This document shows, in pieces, positions 47,110 through 56,920 of a DNA stretch of 64,000 nucleotides. The stretch lies in the NCBI GenBank assembly GCA_017403085.1, contig JAFQOQ010000021.1, positions 4,193 through 68,192 on the forward strand. Reading direction: 5' to 3'. A program made the translations under genes and the position numbers. Below the pieces are notes generated by a model. It had not been told where the DNA came from. It searched no databases and saw only the letters and a list, made by a program, of their open reading frames with translations. How positions within the stretch are numbered: position 1 is the first letter of the stretch; each line of letters starts with the position of its first letter. This DNA comes from Alphaproteobacteria bacterium. GTDB taxonomy: Bacteria; Pseudomonadota; Alphaproteobacteria; Rs-D84.

Positions 47110-48618
47110 TTATTCTGCAATCAGCCTATTATACACTTTTTTATCAGTCAATATCTTTACCGAAACAGCCGCTGCCAACGCATCTTCATCTGTCCCACTG
47201 GTAATTACTGGGCAGCCCCGACGGATTTGCGCAACATCTATATCCGGCATCTTATTAAAATCCTGGGCATTAAAATCGTTGTTTATAACATTTAAAAAGA
47301 ACACATCTTGTTGCTGACTTGATCGAATATTAGACAAACAAACAATAGGAAACAATCCACGTCCATCAATCTGTTGGCCCTTACCCGTCTTAATTGATTT
47401 ATTCAGCAACTCTAATGCACCACCATTATTTAAATCAATTCTGGACGCAATTCGCGCACTACCCGCGGTCGGCGTACCAACCAAAACCCCACGTTCATTT
47501 TCATAAAATGCCGCCACCAAGGCTTCGGCCGTACCACGTGTCATATCAGACATCAGCACAACCACTGGCACATCTGTCACTGCACCTGCGCCCGGCACAA
47601 CTTCAACCTCGTCACGCGCCGTCTCTACAATACGCATTACTGGCACCGCACCAACAAACAAGCCCGCCATTTTCGCAGCCGCACGTTCATCATCGCCGGT
47701 TGCCGCACGCAAATCCAAAATAATCCCTTCAACATCCGAATATCTCGCCAATGCTTCATTAACAATTGCCACCGCCCCATCAGACACTTCATGTACAACA
47801 ATTTCCAGAACGCCCCCCGTATCTGGATTACTGCGATGAACGACATCCGCATCTGCCAAAACAATTGTCGCACGACGCAACACGACATCTTTATTTCCCA
47901 TTGGCGTCAAAAGTTTCAACTTTGATGTTCCCGAATTAAATCCAGACATCACGCGCGCCAATTCCGCATCAGACATCTGCGCAACAGACCGTCCATTAAC
48001 TTGCGCAATTAAATCCCCCGCACGAATTCCCACCGTATCTGCCGGCGCGTCTTTATATATTCCCGTCACACGAAAATTTCCACGCTCGTCACGTGCGCCT
48101 TCTAATCCAACACTGGTCAATATACGACCATCTTCTGCAATTTCTGCTGATTTGGAAAATATATATCGGCCATTTTCATCAATACCCGAAATCAAACTAT
48201 CAACCACAGATTGATAGATTTCACTTTCACTCATATGACGTAACGCACTATCTTGCGCACGCATTTTCAGAATAAGTGCGGTTGTAATTTCACCAAACCC
48301 ATCCCAGTCACCTGCATCAGGACGCGGATAATTTGCGACAATCGCATCACCCCACACCAGAACCACACGTTCATCTGTTGCCGCCACATGTGCATTTGGA
48401 TTTAAATTTTCCAAACTTTCAATTGCAACATTCAGGCTTTTGCCCGCCCAATTAATAGAATTTAATTTTTCATAAATTTCGGCAAATGTATTTGAAACAT
48501 CAAACACATGAATTCCATCCTGAACCGGTTCGTCTTCAAAGAACAAACTATCTGCATGTGCGCCAACCATCACCCCCAGCACCAAGAACAACCAAACAAA
48601 TAATTTTGTTATTTTCAT
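47110..48618 (-). CDS. S41 (C-terminal processing peptidase)-like protein with a PDZ domain; the catalytic Ser/Lys appear substituted
   Basis: Signal peptide from the ATG at 48618 (SD GGGGGGAAAGG). PDZ block GIRAGDLIAQVNG. S41 core ILDLRAATGD...TRGTAEAL...GTPTAGSA. Confidence 0.72.
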   Translation of the reverse strand: MKITKLFVWLFLVLGVMVGAHADSLFFEDEPVQDGIHVFDVSNTFAEIYEKLNSINWAGKSLNVAIESLENLNPNAHVAATDERVVLVWGDAIVANYPRPDAGDWDGFGEITTALILKMRAQDSALRHMSESEIYQSVVDSLISGIDENGRYIFSKSAEIAEDGRILTSVGLEGARDERGNFRVTGIYKDAPADTVGIRAGDLIAQVNGRSVAQMSDAELARVMSGFNSGTSKLKLLTPMGNKDVVLRRATIVLADADVVHRSNPDTGGVLEIVVHEVSDGAVAIVNEALARYSDVEGIILDLRAATGDDERAAAKMAGLFVGAVPVMRIVETARDEVEVVPGAGAVTDVPVVVLMSDMTRGTAEALVAAFYENERGVLVGTPTAGSARIASRIDLNNGGALELLNKSIKTGKGQQIDGRGLFPIVCLSNIRSSQQQDVFFLNVINNDFNAQDFNKMPDIDVAQIRRGCPVITSGTDEDALAAAVSVKILTDKKVYNRLIAE

Positions 48619-48651
48619 GCCTTTCCCCCCATGATTGACGCACACCCAGCC

Positions 48652-49515
48652 TTAATATTTTGTATCGCGCAAATTAAAGTGATACAACATAATATTAGAA
48701 ATATAGATACTGGTAAATGTACCCATAATTACACTGAATCCCATCGCATATGCAAATTCACGCAACAACTGTCCGCCAAATATAGACAGACCAATCATCG
48801 CCAACAGCGTTGAAACACTGGTCAGCATCGTACGACGCAACATTTCATTTACAGACAAATCAATCAGCTGATCCATCGGCATTTTATGATATTTTTTCAC
48901 ATTTTCATCAATTCGATCATAATTAACAATCTTGTCATTAATCGAATAACCAATCCCCGTCAGAATAACCGCAATCGCCGTCTGATTAAATTCCAACCCA
49001 GTGATTGAAAAGAACCCAAACATCAATACAAAGTCCAAAAACAGCGAACAAAACGCCCCAACGGCATATCCACCCTTGTATCGAATCCAAACATAAATTG
49101 CCATCATGATAAACGCGAACAATATCGCCAAGATACCGCCACGAACCAATTCTCCACCAATTTTCGGCCCAACGATTTGCACTTGTTCATATTGCACATT
49201 ATCGCCCAAGATATTTTTAATTTCACTTACGCGTTCATTTTGTTGTGCATCAGTTGAACCCTTTGGCAAACCAACACGAATCAAAATCGCATTTCCATCA
49301 ACAGTCTGCAATTCTGGATTAAATTCACTCAACGCACTGCGCATCTGTTCAATGCCATAATCTTGAACAATCGGCTGTACCTCCATCGCGATACCACCTG
49401 AAAAGTCAATACCATAATTCAACCCACGCACCAACAATGATAATACCGACATCAGAATCAGGAACCCCGAAACAATATACGATACCTTACGATATTTCAT
49501 AACCTGCAATTTCAT
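48652..49515 (-). CDS. secF: Protein translocase subunit SecF
   Basis: LNYGIDFSGG and 6 TM, downstream of secD. The ATG at 49515 has the SD AGGGGAAG. Confidence 0.9.
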   Translation of the reverse strand: MKLQVMKYRKVSYIVSGFLILMSVLSLLVRGLNYGIDFSGGIAMEVQPIVQDYGIEQMRSALSEFNPELQTVDGNAILIRVGLPKGSTDAQQNERVSEIKNILGDNVQYEQVQIVGPKIGGELVRGGILAILFAFIMMAIYVWIRYKGGYAVGAFCSLFLDFVLMFGFFSITGLEFNQTAIAVILTGIGYSINDKIVNYDRIDENVKKYHKMPMDQLIDLSVNEMLRRTMLTSVSTLLAMIGLSIFGGQLLREFAYAMGFSVIMGTFTSIYISNIMLYHFNLRDTKY

Positions 49516-49535
49516 AACACTTCCCCTTTGCATTC

Positions 49536-51098
49536 TTATTTAGTACCACCGACAAAGCCGATTTTCTTGTTTTTACCGTTCATATACCAATCCACCAACA
49601 CCTTGGTCAGCCATACACATGTAAATAACGTTGTTAAGATACCAATCGACAAAGTCACTGCAAATCCACGAATTGGCCCCGCCCCAAATTGGAACAACAC
49701 CAACCCACAAATCAACGTAGTTAAGTTTCCGTCCAAGACTGCCTTCATCGCACGATCAAACCCCAGGCTGGCTGCGCGCAACGGCGGGGTACCTGCCTTG
49801 ATTTCATCGCGAATACGTTCAAACGGCAACACATTGGCATCAACCGCCATCCCCAGCGTCAGCACAATACCCGCAATACCTGGCAATGTTAATGTTGCAC
49901 CAAACAGGGCCGTTAAACCAATAATCATTCCTAAATTCACCATCAGTGATATCGCCGCAATTACACCAAAACTACGATACACCAACAATAAAAAGATAAA
50001 GATAAAGCAAACACCTGCAACCGCACCAATTTTACCACCGGCAATTGTATCTGCGCCCAATCCCGCACCAACGACACGTTCTTCAATTACCGTCAATGGC
50101 GCCGGCAACGCCCCCGAACGCAGCAACACCGCCAAATCTTTTGCCCCCTGCAACGTGAATCCCCCAGAAATTTGGCCACGACCACCCGGGATTGGCTCGC
50201 GAATTGTTGGGGCAGACAAAACCTTGCCATCCAACACAATCGCAAAGCGTTCATTAACATGCTCGGTCGTCAATTTTGCAAATCGACGCGCACCCGACGC
50301 ATCAAACGCAGTCGTCACCACTGGCATATTATTCTGGTCAAAATCAGCCTGTGAATCCTTTAATGATTCCCCAGATACTTCTACACGCGAATAGACCGGA
50401 ATTTTTTGTTCTGGCGCATCAATAAACGGCAAAAATTCTGTTCCATTTGGCGCATGTCCAGATGTAATCTGTTCAGGTGACAAAGATTCATTAACCAGAT
50501 GGAACGTCATCTTTGCGGTCTGCCCAATCAAATCCTTGATACGTTCTGGATTATCAACACCCGGCAATTGCACCAAGATATATTTTCCGCCCTGACTTTG
50601 AATAGACGGTTCTTTTGTCCCCAGCGCATCAATACGACGACGTACAATTTCAATACTGCGCGCCAACGCATCTTGCGTCATTTCTTCTTTTTGTTTATCT
50701 GAATAAGACAACGTAATTGTTTTACCACTAGATTCTACATCAACTGTCCCACCAAACGTACTTTTCAAACGCCCCTTGGCCTTGGACACTTCATCTTCGT
50801 CACGAACAACCAATGACACAACACCATCATTATTGCGCAGATTAGAAAATCTGATAACCCCCTTGTCACGATCAATCATCGCACTGCGTGTTTCATCATA
50901 TAACTGTTCAGACTTTTCTTGAAACATCGTATCCGTATCAACTTCCAGCAACAATTGTGCCCCGCCCTTTAAATCCAGCCCCAGCGACACAGGCCCAATC
51001 CAAGACGGAAAATACGGCGCCAATTTCGGCGACAGTGTTGGCACCGCCAACAACACACCAAAAACCGCCACAAAAACTATCGCCAACTTCTTAAACAT
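49536..51098 (-). CDS. secD: Protein translocase subunit SecD
   Basis: 520 aa. LGLDLKGG, a periplasmic P1 domain, C-terminal 6 TM. Confidence 0.92.
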   Translation of the reverse strand: MFKKLAIVFVAVFGVLLAVPTLSPKLAPYFPSWIGPVSLGLDLKGGAQLLLEVDTDTMFQEKSEQLYDETRSAMIDRDKGVIRFSNLRNNDGVVSLVVRDEDEVSKAKGRLKSTFGGTVDVESSGKTITLSYSDKQKEEMTQDALARSIEIVRRRIDALGTKEPSIQSQGGKYILVQLPGVDNPERIKDLIGQTAKMTFHLVNESLSPEQITSGHAPNGTEFLPFIDAPEQKIPVYSRVEVSGESLKDSQADFDQNNMPVVTTAFDASGARRFAKLTTEHVNERFAIVLDGKVLSAPTIREPIPGGRGQISGGFTLQGAKDLAVLLRSGALPAPLTVIEERVVGAGLGADTIAGGKIGAVAGVCFIFIFLLLVYRSFGVIAAISLMVNLGMIIGLTALFGATLTLPGIAGIVLTLGMAVDANVLPFERIRDEIKAGTPPLRAASLGFDRAMKAVLDGNLTTLICGLVLFQFGAGPIRGFAVTLSIGILTTLFTCVWLTKVLVDWYMNGKNKKIGFVGGTK

Positions 51099-51115
51099 AA
51101 CCCAAAACCCTTATT

Positions 51116-51436
51116 TTATTTTGATTCAACACCTGCAACTGCGTTTTTATTAACTTCTATAACAACGCCTTTTGCAACTTCTAATTCGATTGTTTTTTCG
51201 TTAATTTTTTTAATTACGCCATATATACCTGCGGCCATAACACGATTACCAACCTGCAGCGAATCCAGCATTTTTTGATATTCTGCCATGCGCTTTTTAT
51301 TTGGTCGCACCATAAACAGATAAATAATCCCAAACACAATTACACAGTACAACACCATACCCCACATACTGCCCTGCTGTGGTGCCGTGGCAACATTCTG
51401 TGCAACATTATCGACAACAATTGCTGTTTCTTCCAT
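51116..51436 (-). CDS. yajC: Preprotein translocase subunit YajC
   Basis: 106 aa. Single TM, then RPNKKR...L..GN.V...GIYG.I core. Confidence 0.85.
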   Translation of the reverse strand: MEETAIVVDNVAQNVATAPQQGSMWGMVLYCVIVFGIIYLFMVRPNKKRMAEYQKMLDSLQVGNRVMAAGIYGVIKKINEKTIELEVAKGVVIEVNKNAVAGVESK

Positions 51437-51509
51437 AGTATTTCTCCTTAATTGATACAGTCACCCTAGTAAAAAAACCCAGTAATGTAAAGAGAAAATA
51501 CAGAAAATC

Positions 51510-52226
51510 TTATTCAACCAAATGATATATTTCACCATCGACCCGGATATTTAAAATTCCACGTCCCGACTCTAATTTTCCATAACATTTTTGATCATTA
51601 TATTGCACGACCAATGCACGTTCTGTATATTTTTCCGCATATAGCGCAAATGAATTACCCGTCGATAACATAACCCGACTGACACCAATTTCGCACGGCA
51701 ATTCTTTCGACCATTCCGTCGCAAACAGTACCGACAAATATTTATCCCGACTTACCTTGTCTTCAAAACCTAATCCATACTCTGGCTCACAGTCACCATC
51801 ATCATTTGTTCCATCTGCATCACATAAATCATTTATCCACAAATTCCTACAATTAAACTTACACGGATGATTCCTATCGCCATAACTGCACATCTCATAA
51901 ACATCCTCTGCACTATACGGCAACTCGCCCGCATATGCCCAAACACCAACATACGGATACGTCATACGGCACCAGCAACTACCCCCAGAATCTTCCGTGA
52001 CGGGCAACAAAACCTCTTCTGTCCCATCACCAAACGCCCCCGATTCTCGGCTGCACATAAATTCACCACCGATTGTTTGATTATCACAAATCGCCGCCCA
52101 ACTCAGCTCATAAGGCAACGTTTTAGACACCCAACACCGTTCTATTTCACCAACACCCTGCAATGTTGCCGCTACAACCGCCCTAGTAAAAAGCACCCAA
52201 AAAAGCGCGACCAGAAACTTTCCCAT
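51510..52226 (-). CDS. Secreted Cys-rich hypothetical protein
   Basis: 238 aa from the ATG at 52226 (signal peptide MGKFLVALFWVLFTRAVVAA). 14 Cys. The longer track ORF runs through a terminator hairpin and is rejected. Confidence 0.5.
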   Translation of the reverse strand: MGKFLVALFWVLFTRAVVAATLQGVGEIERCWVSKTLPYELSWAAICDNQTIGGEFMCSRESGAFGDGTEEVLLPVTEDSGGSCWCRMTYPYVGVWAYAGELPYSAEDVYEMCSYGDRNHPCKFNCRNLWINDLCDADGTNDDGDCEPEYGLGFEDKVSRDKYLSVLFATEWSKELPCEIGVSRVMLSTGNSFALYAEKYTERALVVQYNDQKCYGKLESGRGILNIRVDGEIYHLVE

Positions 52227-52229
52227 AAC

Positions 52230-52259
52230 CAAAAACCGCCATTTTTCGAATATGGCGGT
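52230..52259 (-). terminator. Intrinsic terminator immediately upstream of the Cys-rich protein start (attenuator or sRNA end)
   Basis: ACCGCCAT (52235-52242) pairs with ATGGCGGT (52252-52259), loop 9 nt. Plus-strand A5 gives a minus-strand U5 after the hairpin. Confidence 0.6.
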
Positions 52260-52372
52260 CGGGGTGTTAAGAAAATCATGTACAAGAATGACCCCGTCGG
52301 CCTTTGGGGACATGCCCCTGTTATATAGCCGACGGCACCCCGACACAGAAGTGGAAATGTCGGGAACAACAT
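52260..52372 (-). ncRNA. Structured RNA segment of unknown class (riboswitch-like leader or sRNA)
   Basis: On the minus strand: nested perfect helices GUCGGGGUG/CACCCCGAC and CCGUCGGC/GCCGACGG, an inner GGGG-CAUGU-CCCC hairpin, and a competing CCCGACA/UGUCGGG helix. Confidence 0.3.
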
Positions 52373-52394
52373 AAAAAATGACGCATCCGCGTCA
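52373..52394 (-). terminator. Intrinsic terminator ~130 nt downstream of mutL
   Basis: TGACGC-ATCC-GCGTCA (52379-52394) with plus-strand A6, which is a minus-strand U6 after the hairpin. Confidence 0.6.
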
Positions 52395-52523
52395 CCTTAT
52401 GCACGGATCAGTGTGCATTTTTACACACCGCTTGTACCATGGGTTTTCTTACGACCCCGAACCCATATCCCTATGAGTTCGTTTGGAATTATACCCCATA
52501 TTAATAAAAAATGAAAGTAAATT

Positions 52524-54269
52524 CTATATCCGCTCAAACCAAGAATCAATTTCCGCCATCGGGATAAATTTATAAACTGGTCGCCCGTGATTACACTGAC
52601 CTGCACGTTCAGTTCGTTCAATATCACGCAATAACGCATCCATTTGCGCAAAATCTAACTTTTGTCCTGCACGCACAGAATGATGACACGCATAATTTGC
52701 CAATTTTAAATGCAGGCGTTCATTTAACTGTGATGAATGTCCGTTATCACGAACCTCGTCCGCAATGTTATGCAGCACATCCGCCCAATCCATATCCCAA
52801 TCCGCCGGCTTTTCAAATATCGCAACCGCATCATCACCAAATGCATCTATCACCAGTCCTGACTGCTTTAAATCTTCAACAATAGACAACGCCGCCACTG
52901 CGTCTTCTTCGCGCAACTTAACAACAATTGGTGTCAATAGCGGCTGTGTCTTTATCTTGTTTTGTCGCAATTTTTCATACGTTATACGTTCATGCGCCGC
53001 ATGTTGATCAACAACAACTAAATTATCGTCCTTTTGCGCCAAGATATATTTATTTCCAAACTGCCCAATCACACGCCCCAAGGGCAAATCAACAATTGTT
53101 TCTTCTGGGGTTGAATTTTGTACCACCACGTCCCCCGGTGTGGCAACAAATGGATTCGGCAAATCATCCTGAATATTATCGCGCACCACGGCACGCATAC
53201 TGCCAATTCCGAAATCAAACACGGGCGCACACACCGATTTAACTTCCGCCCGCGACACAGGAAACATAACCCTTGGCACATCTATCAGATTTTGTGTCAT
53301 CGTCTGGGCCAACCTATCACGCAAAGTCTTGACAATAAACGACCGCACATGCGTTGGTTCCAAGAAATGCACTTCGGTCTTCGCAGGCGACACATTAACA
53401 TCAACCGCATTTGTCGGCACCGTCAGATACAACGCACACAACGGAAATTCCCGCGCATGCATAACATCCATATAGGCCGCCCGCAATGCACCAACCAAAA
53501 CCTTATCCTTGACCGGTCGCCCATTTACGAATAAATATTGGTCGATACTTGACGCGCGTCGCAATGTAGGTTCGCTAATAAAACCACGCAAACTCATCCC
53601 CGATGTTGAACGCGACACCGCATCAATATCCAGCATACGCCCCCGTACATCTTCGCCCATAACAGCAACAATTCTGTCCAGCAAATCCTGATTTTTTGGA
53701 AAGCGCCATTTATTATTCAGTACAAACCCAACATCATTCCGCGACATCGCCAGACGTTTTACCACATCCAACACCGACATCATTTCCGCCCTGTCTCCAC
53801 GCAGAAATTTTAATCGTGCCGGCGTCTTTGCAAATAAATTTTCAACACGAATTCTGGTTCCGCTTTCCCAATCAGACGGTCGAATTTCGCCGGTCGAACA
53901 ATCCATGCGCCACCCATTTTCATCCGCCCTATTACATGTATCAATTGTCATATCCGACACAGACGCAATAGACGGCAACGCTTCGCCACGAAACCCCATA
54001 AAATTGATATTCAGCAAATCATCATCTGGCAACTTAGACGTTGCATGACGCGTCACCGCCACCGCCAAATCATCGCGCGTCATTCCCGACCCATTATCAA
54101 CAACACTTATCAGCGTACGCCCACCATCGATCACATCTATCAGTATTTGATCCGCACCCGCATCCAGCGCATTTTCCACCAATTCTTTAACCACACTGGC
54201 GGGTCGTTCAACAACCTCGCCTGCGGCAATTTGATTTACCAAGAAATCTGGCAGAACACGTACAGCCAC
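52524..54269 (-). CDS. mutL: DNA mismatch repair protein MutL
   Basis: IAAGEVVERPASVVKELVENALDAGA, GHKL ATPase, C-terminal dimerisation domain. GTG start. Confidence 0.92.
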   Translation of the reverse strand: MAVRVLPDFLVNQIAAGEVVERPASVVKELVENALDAGADQILIDVIDGGRTLISVVDNGSGMTRDDLAVAVTRHATSKLPDDDLLNINFMGFRGEALPSIASVSDMTIDTCNRADENGWRMDCSTGEIRPSDWESGTRIRVENLFAKTPARLKFLRGDRAEMMSVLDVVKRLAMSRNDVGFVLNNKWRFPKNQDLLDRIVAVMGEDVRGRMLDIDAVSRSTSGMSLRGFISEPTLRRASSIDQYLFVNGRPVKDKVLVGALRAAYMDVMHAREFPLCALYLTVPTNAVDVNVSPAKTEVHFLEPTHVRSFIVKTLRDRLAQTMTQNLIDVPRVMFPVSRAEVKSVCAPVFDFGIGSMRAVVRDNIQDDLPNPFVATPGDVVVQNSTPEETIVDLPLGRVIGQFGNKYILAQKDDNLVVVDQHAAHERITYEKLRQNKIKTQPLLTPIVVKLREEDAVAALSIVEDLKQSGLVIDAFGDDAVAIFEKPADWDMDWADVLHNIADEVRDNGHSSQLNERLHLKLANYACHHSVRAGQKLDFAQMDALLRDIERTERAGQCNHGRPVYKFIPMAEIDSWFERI

Positions 54270-54278
54270 ATGCGTCCC

Positions 54279-54749
54279 CTATTCTTTAAACGTCACTTCT
54301 AAAATTTCGTATTCTTTTTCACCACCAGGCAATTTAACGATACACGTATCGCCAACACATCGCCCAATCATTGCGCGTCCGACCGGCGACGTACAAGATA
54401 TAACCGTCCGCCCATCTGATTCGACATCCGACAAAATTCTGCATTGCATTTTATTACCATCTTCGTCTTCTGCGACAACACGCGCCCCAAATACCACACG
54501 ATCACCTGACAAAGAATCAATATCAATCACCGCAGCATTTTCTATAATATTTTCTATAAAGCGAATACGACTATCGATTTGCCGTTGTTTTTCTTTGGCG
54601 GCGCTATAATCTGCGTTCTCTGACAAATCCCCCAGTGACCTGGCCCATTGCACAGTTTTTAAAATTTCTGGTCTTTGATTTTCCTGTAAATCTTTTAATT
54701 CTTTAATCAGGCTATCAAACCCTGCGCGTGAAATTGGTTTCTTTTCCAT
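54279..54749 (-). CDS. greA: Transcription elongation factor GreA
   Basis: 156 aa. ARSLGDLSENADYSAAKE and the C-terminal FKBP-like domain. Confidence 0.92.
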   Translation of the reverse strand: MEKKPISRAGFDSLIKELKDLQENQRPEILKTVQWARSLGDLSENADYSAAKEKQRQIDSRIRFIENIIENAAVIDIDSLSGDRVVFGARVVAEDEDGNKMQCRILSDVESDGRTVISCTSPVGRAMIGRCVGDTCIVKLPGGEKEYEILEVTFKE

Positions 54750-54813
54750 TTTATAATCCTAACGTTTTTAGTCATCAAATTATACGCATTCATTTTAATT
54801 TTGCAATTATCAA

Positions 54814-55902
54814 ATGAACAGGCTATACTTTCACATAATAATGTCACTAAGGCCGAACATTTTGACTAAATTCCTATTACGCCGTTTTTTTTCTGGCGTC
54901 GGTCTTGTTATGTTGGTTGTATGCGGCATTATTTTAGCAGTCACATTTGTAGAACGCCTGCCATCAAACCCGAATGCCATGGCGGCATTGTATGAATCAT
55001 GGGTACGCCTGTTGGAATATGTACCACTATTTTTACCATTGGCGGTATTTATGGGCACATTGCTGGCATCATATAACCTTACTAAATCCAGCGAGAGTAT
55101 TATTGTATCCAGCGCAGGCCTATCACCATTTCAGTCATCACGTCCATTTTTAGTTGGTGCATTTTTGATTGGCGTATTTGCGACCACTGTGATTAACCCA
55201 TATTCTGTGAATCTAAGTGCCCAGAACATCACCCCAAATCACTTACGTCTGGTTGATAACATGATATGGTTGCGCGAAACGACCGACAACGGCGTTATTA
55301 CTATGAACGCACGCGGCATGCATAAATCTGGCGATATACTATTATTTGACAATTCAACGATATATATCCAAGACACCAATTTCAAATTAACCCATCGGAT
55401 TCAGGCTGACACCGTCACCCTATCGGACCAGGGCATATCTGCGCATAACGCCCAGATTTGGGACAACATTGGTCGTGTTCATCGGGCTGATTGGCACAGC
55501 GATACAATGCTGACCCCACAAACTGTACTGGACAGATATCTACAACCAGATCAGATTTCATTTTGGCAATTACCTGCATTTATCACCAAGATGCAAGAAA
55601 TCGGCGCCCCCGTACGTGGCCACTTGGTACAATTATGGACGCTATTATTTTTACCATTAACGATGATATCGATGGCAATGCTGGGGGTTGCATTTTCCCA
55701 GACCAAGCAGCGTCGCAATTATAGTTTCGGCGTAAAATTTAGTTTAGGTATCATCACATGTTTTGCGGTCTATTTCTTGGTAAATATGTTCAACGCGATG
55801 GGCGCGACGGGTGCCCTGCCGCCGATATTATCGATTATTGCGCCACCATTGATTATCATTGCCGGCGCCGGAATATTTATCACCAGTTTTGACACTATAT
55901 AG
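54814..55902 (+). CDS. lptG: LPS export ABC transporter permease (LptG/LptF, YjgP/YjgQ family)
   Basis: 6-TM permease with a central periplasmic beta-jellyroll region. The N-terminus ILTKFLLRRFF is typical. The start may be the ATG at 54841. Confidence 0.78.
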   Translation: MNRLYFHIIMSLRPNILTKFLLRRFFSGVGLVMLVVCGIILAVTFVERLPSNPNAMAALYESWVRLLEYVPLFLPLAVFMGTLLASYNLTKSSESIIVSSAGLSPFQSSRPFLVGAFLIGVFATTVINPYSVNLSAQNITPNHLRLVDNMIWLRETTDNGVITMNARGMHKSGDILLFDNSTIYIQDTNFKLTHRIQADTVTLSDQGISAHNAQIWDNIGRVHRADWHSDTMLTPQTVLDRYLQPDQISFWQLPAFITKMQEIGAPVRGHLVQLWTLLFLPLTMISMAMLGVAFSQTKQRRNYSFGVKFSLGIITCFAVYFLVNMFNAMGATGALPPILSIIAPPLIIIAGAGIFITSFDTI

Positions 55903-55919
55903 CACCCTGGGGGAACATC

Positions 55920-56054
55920 ATGCCGATAAAAAAACGCAAGAAATCAAATTTTTCCAAGATTCTGATATGGACGCTGATTATTACATTGGTCATATTGATG
56001 CTGATATCATTTTCGACCCCACAACACATGACTGAAATCGTAGTATATCCATGA
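55920..56054 (+). CDS. Small single-TM hypothetical protein (44 aa, below the ORF-track cutoff)
   Basis: GGGGGA SD, then MPIKKRKKSNFSKILIWTLIITLVILMLISF... ATGA overlap with the xerD start. Confidence 0.3.
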   Translation: MPIKKRKKSNFSKILIWTLIITLVILMLISFSTPQHMTEIVVYP

Positions 56055-56920
56055 ATTATATAGATATATTTTTAGAAGCCTTATCTGCCGAAAAAGGCCG
56101 CAGTGCCAAGACATTATCCAGTTATGAATCAGACTTGCGCCTGGCCGACGCGGCAATTTCTGGCGGTCTGATGACGGCGGACACCACCACGATTCAAAAC
56201 TATCTATCATCACTGCCGGACAAGCCATCATCCATCGCGCGCAAGGCATCTGCCCTGCGTGGTTTTTACAAATTTTTAATGTTGGAAAAAATTATCACTA
56301 CCAACCCGACCAAGAATTTAGAACTGCCGAAATCCGAACGCAGTTTGCCTAAATTTTTATCGACCGACGAAATTGAATTACTGATATCATCTGCGGGCGA
56401 CATCAAGAATTCACTGCGTCTGCGTGCAATGATTGAATTACTGTACGCATCTGGCCTGCGCGTATCTGAATTATGCGAATTACCCACAACGGCGATATTA
56501 GGTGACAAATTGTTAATCCACGGCAAAGGTGCCAAGGAACGTCTGGTTCCCATGCATGCGGCGGCACAACACGCACTTGCCAAATGGATGTCTGCGCGTG
56601 ACGACACCGATTCGAAATACGTATTTCCATCCCACGGCAAATCGGGTCACATTACCCGCGACGGATTTTTCAAGATATTAAAAAAGTGTGCCGTATTATC
56701 TGGCATATCCCCCACCCGCGTCAGTCCGCACGTCCTGCGTCACTCATTTGCGTCACACCTGTTGGCGGGCGGTGCGAATTTGCGTGCGATTCAGACCATG
56801 TTGGGACACGAAGACATATCAACCACCCAGATATACACACACGTTTTACCGGAACAATTGCGCGATACAGTTGTCCGTCATCATCCACTTTCACATTCCA
56901 AGGAACAGGTAACAAAATGA
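56051..56920 (+). CDS. xerD: Site-specific tyrosine recombinase XerD (XerC not excluded)
   Basis: 289 aa. R..., HVLRHSFASHLL, LGHEDISTTQIYTHV catalytic motifs. Confidence 0.88.
   Translation: MNYIDIFLEALSAEKGRSAKTLSSYESDLRLADAAISGGLMTADTTTIQNYLSSLPDKPSSIARKASALRGFYKFLMLEKIITTNPTKNLELPKSERSLPKFLSTDEIELLISSAGDIKNSLRLRAMIELLYASGLRVSELCELPTTAILGDKLLIHGKGAKERLVPMHAAAQHALAKWMSARDDTDSKYVFPSHGKSGHITRDGFFKILKKCAVLSGISPTRVSPHVLRHSFASHLLAGGANLRAIQTMLGHEDISTTQIYTHVLPEQLRDTVVRHHPLSHSKEQVTK

Noticed and set aside
49528-50394. A 288-aa plus-strand ORF overlapping secD, plus several other 60-170-aa antisense ORFs inside recJ, ftsI, rarA, serS and ftsK.
   Set aside because: They are entirely embedded antisense in well-supported conserved genes and have low-complexity or Pro/Arg-rich translations typical of shadow ORFs.
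51510-52346. The longest version of the Cys-rich protein ORF (278 aa, start at 52346).
   Set aside because: The extra 40 codons run through a strong terminator hairpin and the structured RNA segment. The ATG at 52226 yields a clean signal peptide.
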